A model generated the notes under the pieces. It had not been told where the DNA came from, ran no database searches, and was given only the letters and a program-made list of their open reading frames with translations. The translations under genes and the position numbers were made by a program. A stretch of DNA of 47,897 nucleotides, counting the filler, from Catajapyx aquilonaris (lineage: Eukaryota): NCBI GenBank assembly GCA_000934665.2. It is 2 parts of 2 records of this genome, joined end to end, with 100 filler letters (N's around TTAATTAATTAA, not from the genome) between each part and the next. Parts side by side here need not be neighbours in the genome. Positions count along the whole stretch, not along the records: positions 1 to 23,891 come from JYFJ02005607.1; 1 more part is not named here. The stretch is one strand, 5' to 3'. Positions 1 to 11,934 of the stretch are shown one piece after another (the stretch's first letter is position 1; every line of letters starts with the position of its first letter).

Positions 1-1033
1 CATTTATCGGTGTCCACCACGTCCCACCTCGTCTGCCAAGCATCTAGAGCCGCTCTGAAGTGTCGCGATCGAACCGAGGAGGGACACTCCGGCAGGAGTG
101 TGGGTGCTGGAAGCCGGGGTCGGGCTGGGGCTGCGTCCCGCGGCCGTGGGGGGGCCAGCCGGCGCCCCTACCAGAAGAAGAAGACCCGGTCATCACCTGC
201 CCTGGTGATGACTGTGGTGGAGGCGGGGGAGCCTCCAACCTATCCCAAGATGCTGCTGGCCACCTCTCGGGACATCTGCCAGGGGGTGGACCTGCACACC
301 ACTCCCATTCCATTTGGCAGGAGGTCGGCAGGTACGAGTTACCTGCCGGCTTCTGAGGAGGAGGAAGCTGCAGAGGGGAGCCCCATCCTCTTGGCTCCGG
401 TCGACCCGGGGGAGCCGCTAGTCAGTACCTCTCCCCTGCTGTATACCTCCGGGGACGACGGGACCGCCAGCGGGTGGAGAAGAAGAGACTGGAGCAGGTG
501 GCTAGGGAGGAGGCACTACGGCTTGAAAGGGTGGAGGCGTCGGCTGGCGTCTCCGCCGAAGCGGCCATATCCATCTTGGCGGACTCCATCGCCCGCCTGC
601 AGTGGCAGGAGGCATCGCCAAAGGTTCCACAGGGACAAGTGACGCAGGAGGCACAGGACATGGACGAATAGTGCCGGATTTTCTATGATATTGTGGAATT
701 CCCCTCACCCCCGCCATATCTGTTGAATTGTTACTTTTTCTTTTCCCATACTTTTACGCACACCTTTCACTTGTTTTTTCCCACTCACCAGGGGGTTGGG
801 CTGACCCAGTTCTTCCCCCCCCCCCCCCCCCCCGGGGGGGGGGGGNCCCGTGGAAGAAGGAGCCCCTTGCTCCTTCCTTTTTTCCCCTCCCCTCTGCTGT
901 ATACACACTATTTCAAAAACAGTTGTACTCCAGCCCCTTTTGGGGACAGTTCAATAAATACCTGTGTGCTACGGAACCTACTGTGTCTCATTGAGTATAG
1001 CCGGTACTGACGACGAGCCAACGTCGTTACACA
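1..1033 (+). mobile_element. GC-rich ORF remnant followed by poly-C/poly-G tract and LTR-like 3' end (possible LTR-retroelement tail)
   Basis: GC-rich frames ending in a coiled-coil-like peptide (474-671), C/G homopolymers ~814-845, AATAAA 953-958, ends ...GTCGTTACACA at 1033. Same layout as 21435-22755. Confidence 0.35.
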
Positions 1034-1370
1034 ATGTCGAGCTCATCAAGCGATTGCATGTCATTTAGGAATGTTTAGGTTGTGGTTTTCCAATATCTGC
1101 GGATAGGTTTGCAACATACACAAATGAAACACGCGATTTATACTTGAAAGAATATCCCTGGTATGCAATGCCAGTGAGCGTTCACAAGGTGTTATTTCAC
1201 GGGAAGGACGTCATTGCCTCTTGTATTCTTCCGATAGGCCAGCTATCGGAAGAAGCACAAAAGGCCAGGAATAAAGACACTCGGAAATATCGGGAAGATC
1301 ACGAGGAAGACATCTCGTTTACACACCATCACAGACTTGGTCCACAGATCCGAAAATGGCAAGTTTGAGG
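1033..1370 (+). mobile_element. Transib (RAG1-related) transposase C-terminal fragment, decayed
   Basis: ELIKRLHVI*...ETRDLYLKEYPWYAMPVSVHKVLFHG...LPIGQLSEEAQKARNKD matches the Transib YPWYxMPxxVHKxLxHG and GQLSEE motifs. Confidence 0.85.
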
Positions 1371-1723
1371 AAGGCTCCAAAAACAAAGAGTGGGAAATTG
1401 ACACCTGGAATTTTACACTTGTTGGATGTACCTAGCCAAGAATGTGAAACACCAACTTCGGACAACAGCGACGAGTGTCACGTATCCTCCTAGATAAATT
1501 GTTGCTATTCATAATTAGCCATTATAAAGTCCAGGTAATCTTAATAGTAATTTTTATGACATCTTCTTTATAACCCCACCACTCCATTTCTTGGGGGTAG
1601 CCGAATAATTATGGGTTTGGGCAGTACAATAATGACTCAAATCACTCAATATTGTGTGTATATTGTGGATTCAAGAATTTTACCGCTGTGTAAGATTGAT
1701 TAATATTATTATTAACATTTCAG

Positions 1724-2400
1724 GTGGAGCTTGTGGAGGGCAGTCGCATTTATGTGACGAGGGCCCAAAAGGTCAACATCCAACAACTCACAGTCAGTGG
1801 GAGAAAATCGGCTGCTGGCATGATTAGAATAATTTTAAACATCTTGCACACGAAAGAAGACGGTCTAATGATCGACAAGGGCTTCCAGCTGAGGAGCTGG
1901 AAGCAATATACTGTGAGTTTAACAAATGAGATGGTGTAGTTACGAGAGCACTTAATTTTGTTGAGGCAGCATGAAGCTCATAACAAGTCATCACATGATG
2001 CAGTTAATTGTTCAACATGACAATTTTTCATCATGGATGGGAGGATCCTTTCAGAATATTAATTTGAATAGGAGTGAAAATTGTAAATTAAATCTTTGTC
2101 TACGTAAATATTGTTCCCTAAACCCATTGTGTGCCAAACAACAATGCTGTACACCATTGTGTACATGATCATCGTGGAATGTTACGGTCTTAATTTTCTA
2201 GGATGACGAGTCTAAAATTATTATGTTGACTACTGTTTGGATGGCCCATTAATATCAGTTAGTGAATTAGCAAGTTCACCAAACGTGTCCTTTTTTCCAG
2301 GCCTGGTGGAGAAGGAAGGATCGACTGGAACACAAAAACTGTCCAAATCAGATGTGATCAAAATTGTGAATGTGCGATGTGCTACTTGCAGAAGAGGTAG
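1724..2400 (+). pseudogene. BEN-domain-like fragment in two exons (1724-1912, 2301-~2398) with retained GT-AG intron
   Basis: Acceptor TTTCAG at 1718-1723; VELVEGSRIYV...IILNILHTKE, frameshift, NDRQGLPAEELEAIY; donor GTGAGT at 1913; acceptor TTTTTTCCAG at 2291-2300. The phase-1 join gives C-LVEKEG...KSDVIKIVNVRCATCRR, a BEN-like C-terminal helix. Confidence 0.55.
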
Positions 2401-2529
2401 CCTACAGTAAATTAGGCAGGGGTGGGACTAGGGACATCGCTATGGGGCCATTACATGATCACCTATGTGACATTTGTACGCGTTTTTGACCATAAATAAT
2501 TTTTAAATAAGTACTAAAACTAATTATTT

Positions 2530-3150
2530 TGACTGGCTGTTAAGTCACCCTGGCAAGGCAATCACTATTTATGAAGTAGCCGAACTTGCAGGATCTGCTT
2601 TTATTGCTTCTTTCTCAATGTCAAACATCCTGTCTGGTTTATCAAAGCCAGGAGTCTGGCCATTCAATATAAGGCTGCATTTCAACCATCAGATTTCATG
2701 GCAAAAGACACGTGTCTAGGACGAATAAAACTGAGTTACTTAGAGCATGGTCTTGGGTTGCATTTACTGCGAAGCAGCATATGTAACAGATCGCCAGGAT
2801 CCATCAATTGCTGTTGAGGTGGGCATCAGTGTTGCAAGTGGGTCGAATGACAATGACATTGACGATGTTTCTGACAGCTCCGTCAGAGTCACAGTTAGGT
2901 TTGCCACATTAGATATCTGGCGGCATAGCATCACCAGAAGATATTCGGCCATTCCCAAAGGCGCCACCACGAAAAATCTTGAGCGGTCGTGGACGTAAAA
3001 AGGGGAGGAGTCGAATTCTTACTGACACCCCCGAAAAAAACATGATTGCCGCTGAAGTCGAAGCAAAAGAACCGAAGAAACGAATAGGCTTAGGCCTACC
3101 TGCAAGACAAGGTCGAAGAAAGAAATTGTTTGCTGCAGAAAAGAAAAGAA
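2530..3150 (+). mobile_element. pogo-family (DDE_1) transposase C-terminal fragment, frameshifted
   Basis: DWLLSHPGKAITI/YEVAELAGSAF...SNILSG...GVWPFN; AYVTDR; SPEDIRPFPKAPPRK...RKKGRSRILTDTPEK. Confidence 0.8.
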
Positions 3151-3339
3151 ACTGGAATTTAATGAACGAGAGGAGAGTTCATTTGATGAAAGGTCAAGTT
3201 TCCATGTGGAAGACAGCCTATCCGACATCCAAGATGGTCTAATGGAGGAAGACGACATTCCTGATATGCCTATGCCTATTGCTGTTGGCGCTTTGGTCCT
3301 CGTAAAATTTAGTGGAAAAAAAAACACAATTCGGCGCAT

Positions 3340-4395
3340 GTATTGTTTTGTGCGAGTCGTTTCATTCTTGATGACGGTGAAGGGCAAAAATGCTGTAGTG
3401 GCTCATGTGTCCACCATATCGGAGATATGTGACAGGAAAAATTTAGTGCGGGACAAAAAAAGGAAAATCTATTTTGAAAGAGAGGGAATATTTGTGCGAC
3501 CTGTTGAGGTAAAGTTAAGTAACAGTGGTAGAAAGGTATATGTTGTACCGTTACTAGCAATGCTGGAAAATTTGTTGCAAAGCCATGAAATGTTTTAACC
3601 ATGTTTCGAGAACCATCAGCCACTCGAGAAGGTGTCATGATGGATTTTGTAGACGGCCATAGATTTTCAACACATCCTGTGGCACAAAAGCACCGGCTCA
3701 CAATAATACAACAGCTGAAGTACTTGAAATCATGACGTGGACGTGGCCAATCCTTTGGGCATGAAGCGAGGTGGAAAGGACAAGTTGTGCTTTTTTTATA
3801 AAGTCTTTTTCAACATCCCACCGTCTTTGTGCCACATTAATTTGTTGGGTACAAGGGAATCAAGTGAGCTCAAATTAACTGAATGTAAAAGAGAAATGCT
3901 GCATGATTTTCTGGAACAGGTCAACAAATTATCCACGAGTGGGCTTGTCCTGAAAACATGTGAAGGGGAGGAACTTTTTTATGGCTGTCTTGTAGCATAT
4001 ACTGGAGATTCTTTGGCTTGCCACAATATTGCTGGCTTCAAGGAGTCCTTCAGTCCAGTTGTTGTAAGACCATGCAGATCGTGTCTGGCAAACTCAAGCG
4101 ATTATTCCAGGCTGTGCTACTATGGGCAGTGCATGTTGAGGAATGACGCGCAGACACAGGAGCAACTTCATGAAATTGACAAGTGTGTAAATTCCAAAGA
4201 CAAACAAAAGCTGTCTGGAGAGTTTGGCCTCAATGGCCCTTCAGTGTTAAGAGAGGTGCCATATTTTAAAACATTTGCTATATGATCCTATGCATATAGT
4301 GTTGGAAGGGTGCGGGCCAAGGAAAATGTCGTTATTTTTTAAAAAGGCAATTTCTGAACGGCATGTGTTCACCCGAAAGCAATTTAATGTTGTCC
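3340..4395 (+). mobile_element. Animal EnSpm/CACTA transposase central fragment, frameshifted
   Basis: VYVVPLLAMLENLL; DFVDG..FSTHP; DVDVANPLG; GDSLACHNIAGFKESFS..RPCRSC; YDPMHIVLEG. Confidence 0.85.
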
Positions 4396-4439
4396 ATGAC
4401 AGTTCCAACCCTCTCTCGGTTCATCCCATTCGCAATGTG

Positions 4440-4890
4440 AAAAGATATTCACGAATGTGCAGGTACCCAAATATAATTGGGCATTACAATAGGAATATGG
4501 GAGGGGTTGACAGAGTGACCAAAATTTGAGTCTGTACCGGGTATCCATTCGAGGTAAAAAAAAAAAAAAAGGTACATTCCGGTGCTGATGTACTGCATAG
4601 ATTTGGCAGAGCAAAATGCCAGAAACACAATGAAGGAACATCAGACCATTTAAAATTCAGCCGTCGGGTTGCACGTGCCCTATTGGAGACGTTTGGGAAG
4701 GGCAGAGCCTCCCGACGTGGCAGACCAAGCCGTCGTGAAGTAATAGACTCCAGATATGATGGCAGGGACCACCTTGTAGTGTCTCAAGACAACCAGACGA
4801 GATGCAGATTTTGCGTGGCAAAATCTGCAACTCGCTGCACCAAGTGTGACTGTGGCATTCATGTGAAATGCTTCGTGGCTTGGCATAGGA
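4440..4890 (+). mobile_element. piggyBac transposase C-terminal fragment including Cys-rich domain
   Basis: PNIIGHYNRNMGGVDR; SLYRVSIRGKK; RYDGRDHLV...RCRFC...TRCTKCDCGIHVKCFVAWH. Confidence 0.9.
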
Positions 4891-5299
4891 ACAGACCAGT
4901 GGGACAGAAGTGGCCGGGACACCACTATCCTGTTATTGACCACCCGTACGAGCGGCGGGCAGTTGCTAGAGAACGACTTCCAATAGCAGATTTGGTCTCC
5001 GGCAAAAAGGAAAGTGCAAGGGCCGGCAACCGTCACGCTTTTTGGCCTCTGACCGAACTCAAGGCCGTCGAATAATATATATCACGAAAATGCCATGTTG
5101 CCAGTCGGATGTTGTCATTATAGAGGTACTCAGTCGCATTGACTACGGAGGGTTTTAAAGGCGTAACTGTTGGTCAGTTTAATGCGGGGCGTGGAACTGA
5201 AAGTTTCGCCGCTACCCCCATGAATTCTTATACGCCATTATTCCTCGGAAAGCTTGCTCATAGGTAGAATGTTGACTACTACATACACATAGGCAGTGC

Positions 5300-5840
5300 A
5301 GGGACATTATATCGACCACATAAAATGGCAGGTGACATTGACAGATTCAAAAAGGACATAACAATCATGAGAAATATAAATGGTACGTTACGCCTTTGCA
5401 TGAGACACGACACGTTATTGAATGTGATTCAGGTTTGCGAAAATCAAAATTTGAATATAGAAGTGGAACTGCAAAAAATGTTTGCAGTGGTCCTGCCGAA
5501 ATCATCAAGGACTCGTGTTTCTGTTGCATCACAGAGCTCATCGCAGTTACTCAGTATCTGGCTGGTCACTGCATGGCGTTCCGAGGACACAGGGTAAAAG
5601 GTGCAACGAACAAGGGTAACTTCATGGACCTTGTTATCCTCATGAGTCGCTCTTCGCCAGCTTTGGCATCACACCTCGCCAAGATTGAAGCCAAGGGAAA
5701 GAAGGCAACTTCCTTTGTTACGTGGGATAGGCAGAACCAACTTATTGAAAGTGTAGCTAGTTGTATCTGCAAAGAAATTTCTGATGCTGGTGTTTTCAGC
5801 ATCTCTTCGGATGCAAGTTTTGACGCCTCTAAGAGGGAGA
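5300..5840 (+). mobile_element. hAT transposase N-terminal/central fragment (ZMYM1/DUF4371-like)
   Basis: YLAGHCMAFRGH...NKGNFMDLV...LASHL...QNQLIE...FSISSDASFDASKRE (first catalytic Asp region). Confidence 0.85.
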
Positions 5841-5844
5841 TGAA

Positions 5845-6225
5845 GGTGATGCTCCCCAGCAAATATTTTGCCAAGAAAAAACCTTGACAGCTTCTAGCGA
5901 TAAGCCTTGCGGAGGTTTAACCCTGGCAAGTGAGCAATTTTTCCAATTTCTGACAAGTATGGAGGGAAAATTTTCGATCCTCATTCCAGATTTAGCCCAT
6001 AAGGTCAGGGTTGTGGAAAATTTGCAGGCTCATTTGCCTAAGGATACACAGGGATAATTTTCATTGTGTTCTGAGAATCCCTTGGCACAACTACTGCACC
6101 TTTTCTGCAGGTTAAGAGTAATGTGGTGGGTAAGACTCAAAAACAGAGACTTGCAGGATGGTGGGAAAAAGAACAGGGAAATGAAGGATGGTGGCAGAAA
6201 TAGGAAAATGATGAAATTGTTGTAA
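5845..6225 (+). mobile_element. P-element/THAP9-type transposase extreme C-terminus
   Basis: GGLTLASEQFFQFLTSMEGKF...LLHLFCRLRVMWWVRLKNRDL...RNRKMMKLL*; one internal stop. Confidence 0.65.
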
Positions 6226-6355
6226 ATTATATATTTCATATCTACCATGTCATCCCATGAATCACTCTGGTTTCGTCGAATATTGGTAATAAATAATTAC
6301 ATCTGCGCATAATTTTGCATCAATAATAGCATTAATCCCTGGTAATACGGTAGTG

Positions 6356-6587
6356 GTTTCTCCTTCGATGGGATTACGTAATATTATGGTAATTAAGCAT
6401 TAATGTATTCGTTTTTATATGATCTTATAAAATGTAATTTACAATAATACGTCGCCAACTGTCCTCCGTAATTCTGTAGGATCTGGCCGGTTGATGTCCG
6501 TGTCGCCAGACATGTGTTTCTCCTTTGATGGGATTACGTAATGTTATGGTAATTAAGCATTAATGTATTCATTTTATATGATCTTAT
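6356..6587. repeat. Direct repeat of ~72 bp (two copies, ~6356-6428 and ~6516-6587)
   Basis: GTTTCTCCTT(C/T)GATGGGATTACGTAAT(A/G)TTATGGTAATTAAGCATTAATGTATTC...TATATGATCTTAT occurs twice. Confidence 0.9.
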
Positions 6588-6674
6588 CAAGCTACATGCA
6601 TGAACAGCTACATAGAAATATTTAAAATTCTTGGGTAGGCAAAATATTGCGCTTACAATATGATTTCTTTGCAC

Positions 6675-7165
6675 CAGCATTATTTTGCGGGTGTTGCGGC
6701 AGTGCAACGGGGCAAACAATCGTCCAACTACACAGCAGTTTCTCTACTCATCAAGGCTGCTCTCAGTGTACAACCTCGCTTTGGAAACTGCCCTACAACG
6801 GGTGTCAGTGCTGGGCTGCGTGTTTTGTCTACACTGAGCGACATTGCATGCTCGACCAACTCTGGCAAGTCATCTGTCCAATTGAGCATAGATGAAGAAC
6901 TGGACAACTGGTTAAAAGGTTGTGGTCAGAAAGAGCAGGACAACATGCCAGAGTCTACAGTAAATGACCATGATTACAACGAGGCGCAGTGGGGTGACGC
7001 AATTATATATCACACGACAGGTTATGTAATCCGCAAGGTACAACATGTCTTCCATTGTGAAGCATGCCACAAAGCACTGATTGCCTCAGAGGGGGAGAAA
7101 TGTATAGATAATATATCAGTACTGCTTGACACCCGTAACAGGGGGTCATTAATTAAGCCCTCACA
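6675..7165 (+). mobile_element. P-element/THAP9-type transposase C-terminal fragment
   Basis: VLRQCNGANNRPTTQQFLYSSRLLSVYNL..GNC; DAIIYHTTGYVIRKV..HCEAC...RNRGSLIKPS. Confidence 0.8.
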
Positions 7166-7329
7166 ATGTGAGTGGCCCTGCAGCACAAGTTAATCCCTCT
7201 TCTCAAGCATCTACACCTCCATTTACACCTATAGTTCGGCACAATTCAGAATGATGTAGAGAGAATAGTTTTCAAAGTAGGACCTTATCAGTTGAAACTT
7301 GCATATTTAAAAACACTGGAACCACCAGG

Positions 7330-8038
7330 AAACTTATTACCAGATGAATTGGCAATGTTGAGGAAGGAGGTGAATGATTAGTGTCTTTTTTGAAAGAAAA
7401 GCTTGTGGCTGTAAACATTGGCATACCTCAAGATTTTCCCGAGAAAATACGAGTAAAAAAGCTACTTGCAGATGGATCACTGGAAGAGGTGAATGCGACT
7501 CCAGAGGAACTTTGGAAACTTGACGTTTTCTGTGTTCTCCTGGACAGTGTCATTTGGGAACCTAAAGGAGCGTTACAAGGCTGTTCATGCGATATATGAG
7601 ATGTTCAGTTTCTTATGGAATTATTCCGATTTGTCCAAAGAAGAACTGGAGCAGGAAGTGAAAAGATGGGCGAAAATTTATCTGATGTTTCTGCAGAGGA
7701 CATGGATCTTGAAATGGACCATCTCAAGACTATCCAACCAGCGAACTTTAAGAGTGACTTAACTGTTGAACTCAATTACTCACCAGAATCTTACCAATCT
7801 GTTCCCAAATATTTTCATAGCATTGCGCATATTTTGTACATTACCAGTTACTGTTGCTGAAGCAGAAAGATCGTTTAGCTTGTTGGCGCGTGTGAAGAAC
7901 GTGTTTCGCGCAACAATGACCCAAGATAGACTGTCAAGCCTGGGGACCTTAGCTTTGGAAAGCAGTCTTGCGTGCAAGTTAAATTTTGAAGAAATAGACT
8001 GTTTTGCTAAAGTTAAGGCAAGAAATGCTCCATTATAG
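7330..8038 (+). mobile_element. hAT transposase C-terminal fragment with hATC dimerisation domain
   Basis: LFPNIFIALRIFCTLPVTVAEAERSFSLLARVKNVFRATMTQDRLSSLGTLALE; upstream frameshifted segments. Confidence 0.9.
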
Positions 8039-8104
8039 ATTACTGAAAAATCTGAACTGTTATGATTCATGTCCCCCTAAGTCAGTGTGTGCCTGCATCT
8101 AAGT

Positions 8105-8467
8105 TGTGAGAATGTCCGAGTGTCCTTCCTAGTGCAAGCTGATGCAGCATTCTTGAAACAATACGTCAGACCCGTTCTAAGTACATGCAGCTGCAGAGCA
8201 TTCCACCACTACGCGGTGTAGGTGGCCAGCCTTGAATAACGCGGAGTTCAGCACTACTCCTTCCGGGTAGTTTCCTTATAAATAGGGGCGTTTTGCCCCA
8301 AGATAGCGGAGAGAGACGCGCGGAGACCACCGAAGACCACCAGAGACCACGGAGAAGACCGAGAGAATCCAGAGAGACGACAGACACTTCCCAGGGCACC
8401 ACAGAGTAGGGAAAAGACACACGTTTCTCCCATAAATCAGCTCAGACGTTGATTCCCGCACACCACA
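8105..8467 (+). mobile_element. Possible solo LTR
   Basis: TGT...ACA ends, TATAAATA at ~8277 followed by a purine-rich GAGA tract; only a 3-bp AGT flank match, no clear 4-6 bp TSD. Confidence 0.4.
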
Positions 8468-8477
8468 AGTAAGAGTA

Positions 8478-10382
8478 CACTCTTAGTCCTGTGCCTTCTC
8501 GTCCTTCACTTCAGAAGGCACATACAAAAAAAGAGTGTTTTTAGAAGGCACACCCCATTGCATTGCTGCATGAGCTCCAGAAGGCACGAGTCATCCTTTG
8601 TGGCTGACTCAGAAGGCACTAGCCGCTGTGCCTTCTCCAAGGATTCAGGTGTACATTCTGAAATGATCGCGGCATGCCTAGTGCCTTCTGGAGCAGTCCA
8701 AGTCCTTGTAGCAATTCGAATCTGGCCGTGTGCTAGGCCTAGTTGTGGCATGGCGGTTTCATTGGTGATATGCTCATAAATCGTTTATTAATGCTTCAGG
8801 TGAAAAAAAAGTCAACAACTTCAAGACTTGACCATGGGTTTTGACAGACAGAGGTTCCTGCGAGGAGCCTGCCAGGAGTGTGAGTGCACTGACTTTGATG
8901 TACCCACAGAAGGGAACCAATGTGACTACTGTGGTTATCGCCCAATTGACCATTCCACCGCAGTACAAGGTACAGTATGATAATGGCACCATAAAGTTAT
9001 GCACTTTAACAATATTGTGAAAATATTTTTTAAACATGGAGACCACAGTTTGCTCTTTTGTGTTAGCTGCACTGCATTCACTGGAAACTGTTTCCTTTTA
9101 GACATGCGAAGAGACTCTCAAATTGATGTAGGAAGGGCTGTAGCCATTTCCCTAAATGTAGGCGCCACTGGAGATGTCCCACAATCCAGAATCTCTATGG
9201 AATATGAAGGTAAATAGCTTTTTGCATATCATATAAACTGGCAGTTGCAGAGCTAACCAAGGTTCACTTTTCCCCAACCAAGATATGAAGCAGAATCAAA
9301 AGTTTTCATGAAGAACCTAAGGCCAAGCGCAAATCATGCAATGTCGGTGCGATGTTGCTATGTAGGAGATAGTGTACGTACTAAAAGATTTTAAAGATGG
9401 AGTGAGGATGCAGTCCCATCCTGTTGCAATAGAACACCCTCAAAACACCATTGCCATGTTACTGTACTGTGATGACGTAGAACTTGCCAATGCACTAGGT
9501 ATGAAAAGAGGGACTCTCTGTACATTACATCTCCTTTCTAAATATCCCACCAACGCATAGGTCCAAGTTATCAAACATTTTTCTGTTAGGAGTTGGTCAC
9601 TCACAAGTTTGTGAAGTTACCTCGGAAACACCATGTATAACAAGTAGTTCCATTGTGTATAGGAGTGTATGGCTATGTATACATGTATTGTTTGATCAAA
9701 CGGCTGTTTGAAGTAACTTATGAACTATTCTACATTTCCAGGGAGGAATACCAGATGGTGTCACGCCAGGGCCACAGCTTTTTGGGCAAGACCATCAAAA
9801 AGTTATATATGGCAACACTGATGGACATCCAACATCCATTCAGCTCAGCATAGATGAGACTCTGAACAGGGGGGCTATCATGTGCCTTTGCACCTACTAT
9901 ATTTTAGATATTTCCTACCCGTCAGCATTTGGCCAGTCCCTTGGCTTCCTGCAGAACATTTTTCTGCCAAGGGACAAAACGTTTGTACGAGGGCACATGT
10001 CCAGCAATTTGAAGGAAGTTTTGGACATGCTGCACCCGCGGAAAAAGAAAAAGAAGCAGCGAAGCGCCAGCCAGACTCATGTCAGCACCAACAAAATAAT
10101 GTTAACCTCAGACCTGTTGTATTATAGTATATGGATTTTGTATGGGGGGACTTCTTTAGGGAAATTTGTTTAGTAAATGTGTCTGGCATCTCTGTACACC
10201 AATTTATTCTTCCCCACACCCTTGACCCAATAGCCACATCAGTGATCTAAAATTGCATCTGAGGGGAGGGAGTTATAAATATTAGAATATGAAGCAAGGG
10301 GTGACAGAAAAAGGTGGGTTGTGGGTGGGAGGGGAGGCTCCATGAATGTGCCTTCTCCGGAGAGGGCACAGGACTAAGAGTG
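8478..10382 (+). mobile_element. Internally deleted EnSpm/CACTA element with both TIRs
   Basis: 22-bp TIR CACTCTTAGTCCTGTGCC(T/C)TCT at 8478-8499 and 10361-10382. GTGCCTTCT/AGAAGGCAC subterminal repeats at 8491, 8513, 8543, 8579, 8611, 8628, 8681 and 10348. Internal transposase piece DFKDG..SHP..LLYCDDVELANALG (9372-9610) and second-ORF piece TYYILDISYP..LGFLQNIF (9880-9970). Confidence 0.85.
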
Positions 10383-10490
10383 ATAACATTGCTTTAACCT
10401 TGTATCTTATTCTTTATACTGCACCAACACCTAACCTGTAGCTTTTGAGCCAAACTGTGTACTAGTAGTAAAGCGTACGGGTTTTGGACG

Positions 10491-11205
10491 GTGAATCCAA
10501 AAACACATCAGATGCGGGAAAAACGAGCACTTGGATCCACTGTCATGAACCAGTTCAAACTCATCAGGAACATGAGCGTCCTACATAAGTTTGAGAAGAA
10601 GATGAACTCTGTGAACATGGCTGTTCTGAGCATGTTTAAGGAGAAAGCAGCAGCAGGTGCGACTATTCACGACCGCACTTTGAGGATCTGGGCTATGGGC
10701 TAGAAGAGGGAGATCGATCCGGAGAACAAGCTCACCTTTAAGGCCTCTCCTTCATGGGTGTGCAGGTTCAAGAAACGGAACAATATTAAGCATCGGGCGG
10801 TCACACACAGGGTCAGCAGGAAGTGGAGAGACAAAGAAGCTAATCTCCAGCAACTGGCTGATGGATTCGTCGAACAGACGCGGAACCTGATCATCACAGA
10901 TGAATACGCACCAGGACAGGTGCTGAATGCAGATCAGGGTCGGTTTGAGAAGGAGATGCACGTCGGACATCGAACACTTCGGACGAGGGGAACAAAAGTC
11001 GTCCGTCAAGTCGTAGGATCAGTAGCTGCCGCAACACACAGTTATATGATCATGCCAGTTGTCTCTGTGGACGGTGAGATCTTTCGACCAATGCATGTTC
11101 TGATTTCCGAATTTAGTGGCGAATTCCCGGCATCGAAGCCAGCAGATCCTTCGAACATCAGATCGTTTGCCGGGAAAACAGCGAACATGAGCAAAAAGGC
11201 GAGAG
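10491..11205 (+). mobile_element. pogo/Tc5-like transposase fragment (CENP-B-type HTH plus start of DDE)
   Basis: IHDRTLRIWA*..FKASPSWVCRFKKRNNI; VLNADQGRFEKEMH.GHRTL..GTKVV; ATHSYMIMPVVSVDG. Confidence 0.85.
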
Positions 11206-11254
11206 AGAGGCTCTTGGTGCTGCCAATTATTACCATCATATTATTATAACCGAC

Positions 11255-11315
11255 CGAAGCAGTGGTAGCGGAGGGGATATGGTATCCGATTGCTAATCGG
11301 GAGGTCCTGGGTTCG
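11255..11315 (+). mobile_element. tRNA-derived (SINE head) fragment, truncated in the T-arm
   Basis: A-box-like TAGCGGAGGGG, anticodon-like stem-loop CCGA-TTGCTAA-TCGG, then GGTCCTGGGTTCG. Confidence 0.55.
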
Positions 11316-11319
11316 TTCG

Positions 11320-11442
11320 CCCTTTCCGGATGAAATTTGGCTCAAGATCTTCTCCCACCTCGACCAACGCGACCTCCTGCACTGCGTAGCCGGCGTCTCC
11401 AAGCAGTGGAACAGGTTGGCGCACGACGCGTCCTCCACATAG
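11320..11442 (+). pseudogene. F-box motif fragment
   Basis: PFPDEIWLKIFSHLDQRDLLHCVAGVSKQWNRLAHD, a full F-box consensus; no ATG, stop at 11440-11442. Confidence 0.85.
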
Positions 11443-11540
11443 TCAAATTGGAGTCGGCGGCCTAACAAAAACAAACTCGGTGATTGGTGACGTAGGTTCG
11501 CACCCCGGGGGCCGCTGACCCTGACCGTGGTTTCCCATCT

Positions 11541-11740
11541 GAATGTCATAAATATTCTGAGAGTTATATGAAGCACAAAATGGCAGAATTGTTTGGTGAT
11601 AAAGTAATATTTACAAATCTGAGAGGACAAGTTAATGTTGCAACATTTCCAGCAAGTGCGTCCGCAATAATTCTTCAGCAATACCACAATATTTTCCAAA
11701 AGGAGATAATGTTGAGGCAGAAAAGAAGCGAATCATTGAA
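11541..11740 (+). mobile_element. Academ-type transposase fragment
   Basis: YSESYMKHKMAELFGDKVIFTNLRGQVNVATF..ASAII..YH...EAEKKRIIE; family assignment from recalled motifs. Confidence 0.55.
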
Positions 11741-11920
11741 ATTGACAGGGAGGACCTACGCAAATCTTTTGACATCTGGACTTCTACCCGCCATCGCCAA
11801 ACTCCGCCCGAATTTGGCAACGGGCTTCATCCTGCATTAACGACAACGCCCTGCCACATCGAGCTCTCCAGGTGAAGGATGTGCTGAAGGACTACAACAT
11901 AGAGCTCTTGCCACCCCCCC
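11741..11920 (+). mobile_element. mariner transposase DDD-domain fragment
   Basis: TYANLL..LLPAIAKLRP..GFILH, frameshift, DNALPHRALQVKDVLKDYNIELLP-PP (LHDNARPH...LPHPP motif). Confidence 0.8.
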
Positions 11921-11934
11921 TTGTCCTTTATCAT

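Noticed and set aside
10..642. 210-aa ORF as a real gene
   Set aside because: GC-driven overlapping frames with no domain; more likely a frameshifted remnant.
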